A stretch of 64,000 nucleotides of DNA from Myxococcales bacterium (GTDB lineage Bacteria; Myxococcota_A; Polyangia; Polyangiales; DASUME01), in the NCBI GenBank assembly GCA_047601445.1, contig JASGJH010000001.1:4960001-5024000 (forward strand), written 5' to 3'. Positions 63,514-64,000 of the stretch are shown here, piece after piece (position 1 is the stretch's first letter; each line of letters starts with the position of its first letter). The notes below the pieces were generated by a model. The model had not been told where the DNA came from. It searched no databases and saw nothing but the letters and a program-made list of their open reading frames with translations. Made by a program: the position numbers and the translations under genes.

Positions 63514-63774
63514 ATGTCGGAGAGCAACAAGCTCGAAAGCCTGGAGGAGCGCCAGTGGCGCCAGAAGGCGGAGCAAGCCCACGCCAAACTCGCCGAAGAG
63601 GAAGCGGAGTGGAGCACCCTGCGCGCCCGGGCTCAGGCGGCCCTCGCGCGCGAAGAGCGCGAGTGGGAGCGCCTGAGGACCCGCGCCGAGCTCAAGTCGA
63701 GCGGTGCCTTTTTGGCACATCCTGACGACGAAGTACGCGTGAGCAAGCTGCCCGAGCTCAAGCCCCGGCGCTGA
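63514..63774 (+). CDS. Small coiled-coil hypothetical protein
   Basis: 86 aa, E/R/A-rich; GGAGG RBS upstream. Confidence 0.55.
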   Translation: MSESNKLESLEERQWRQKAEQAHAKLAEEEAEWSTLRARAQAALAREEREWERLRTRAELKSSGAFLAHPDDEVRVSKLPELKPRR

Positions 63775-63791
63775 GGCGCGCATCAGCGCCG
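63766..63791. terminator. Hairpin between convergent genes
   Basis: CGGCGCTGA-N8-TCAGCGCCG. Confidence 0.45.
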
Positions 63792-63798
63792 GCACGGC

Positions 63799-64000
63799 TC
63801 AGAGCGACTCTTGGTCGCCGATGGCGCGACCACCGAGCGCCGGATCGCTCCAGGAGTCGCGGCCCGTCTCGACGCGACCCGCGAAGCGACGACCGAAGCC
63901 CGGCAGCTCGCTCACGCGCACACTGAAGTCGTACCAGTTGGCGCTGTGACGCAGGATCCAGTGCTGATTGGCGCTGCGCCCGGCGCCCACGCGCACCGTC
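63799..64000 (-). CDS. C-terminus of phosphocholine-specific phospholipase C (DUF756), partial
   Basis: WYDFSV...RRFAGRVETGRDSWSDPA. Confidence 0.8.
   Translation of the reverse strand, partial: TVRVGAGRSANQHWILRHSANWYDFSVRVSELPGFGRRFAGRVETGRDSWSDPALGGRAIGDQESL

Overview
High-GC window whose gene content points to a myxobacterium (Myxococcota; inference): minor pilins, a lone groEL, a DUF1592/DUF1552 pair, GD-repeat lipoproteins and a TPR + C-type lectin pair. The centrepiece (about 22.2-46.7 kb) is a hybrid NRPS/PKS assembly line split over two divergent transcription units: C(dead)-A-PCP-KS-AT on +, and ACP-aminotransferase, C-A(Gly)-PCP and an AT-less KS-KR(dead)-ACP-TE on -. It is followed on - by a TylF-type O-methyltransferase, a JmjC oxygenase and a Dlt/AlgIJ-like cassette (SGNH protein, MBOAT, free ACP, acetoacetate-CoA-ligase-like enzyme). 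I infer it may build a small beta-amino/beta-keto acyl-peptide and transfer it onto an extracytoplasmic acceptor. The two halves of the split module share a QLxxMxxQLAxL helix that may be a docking element. The rest holds tRNA-Leu(CAG), a MoxR-DUF58-transglutaminase operon, a lipid-metabolism neighbourhood (WS/DGAT, hydrolases, two AraC regulators, phospholipase C end) and several families of dispersed intergenic palindromic repeats. All calls are from motif reading by eye; no database searches were run.
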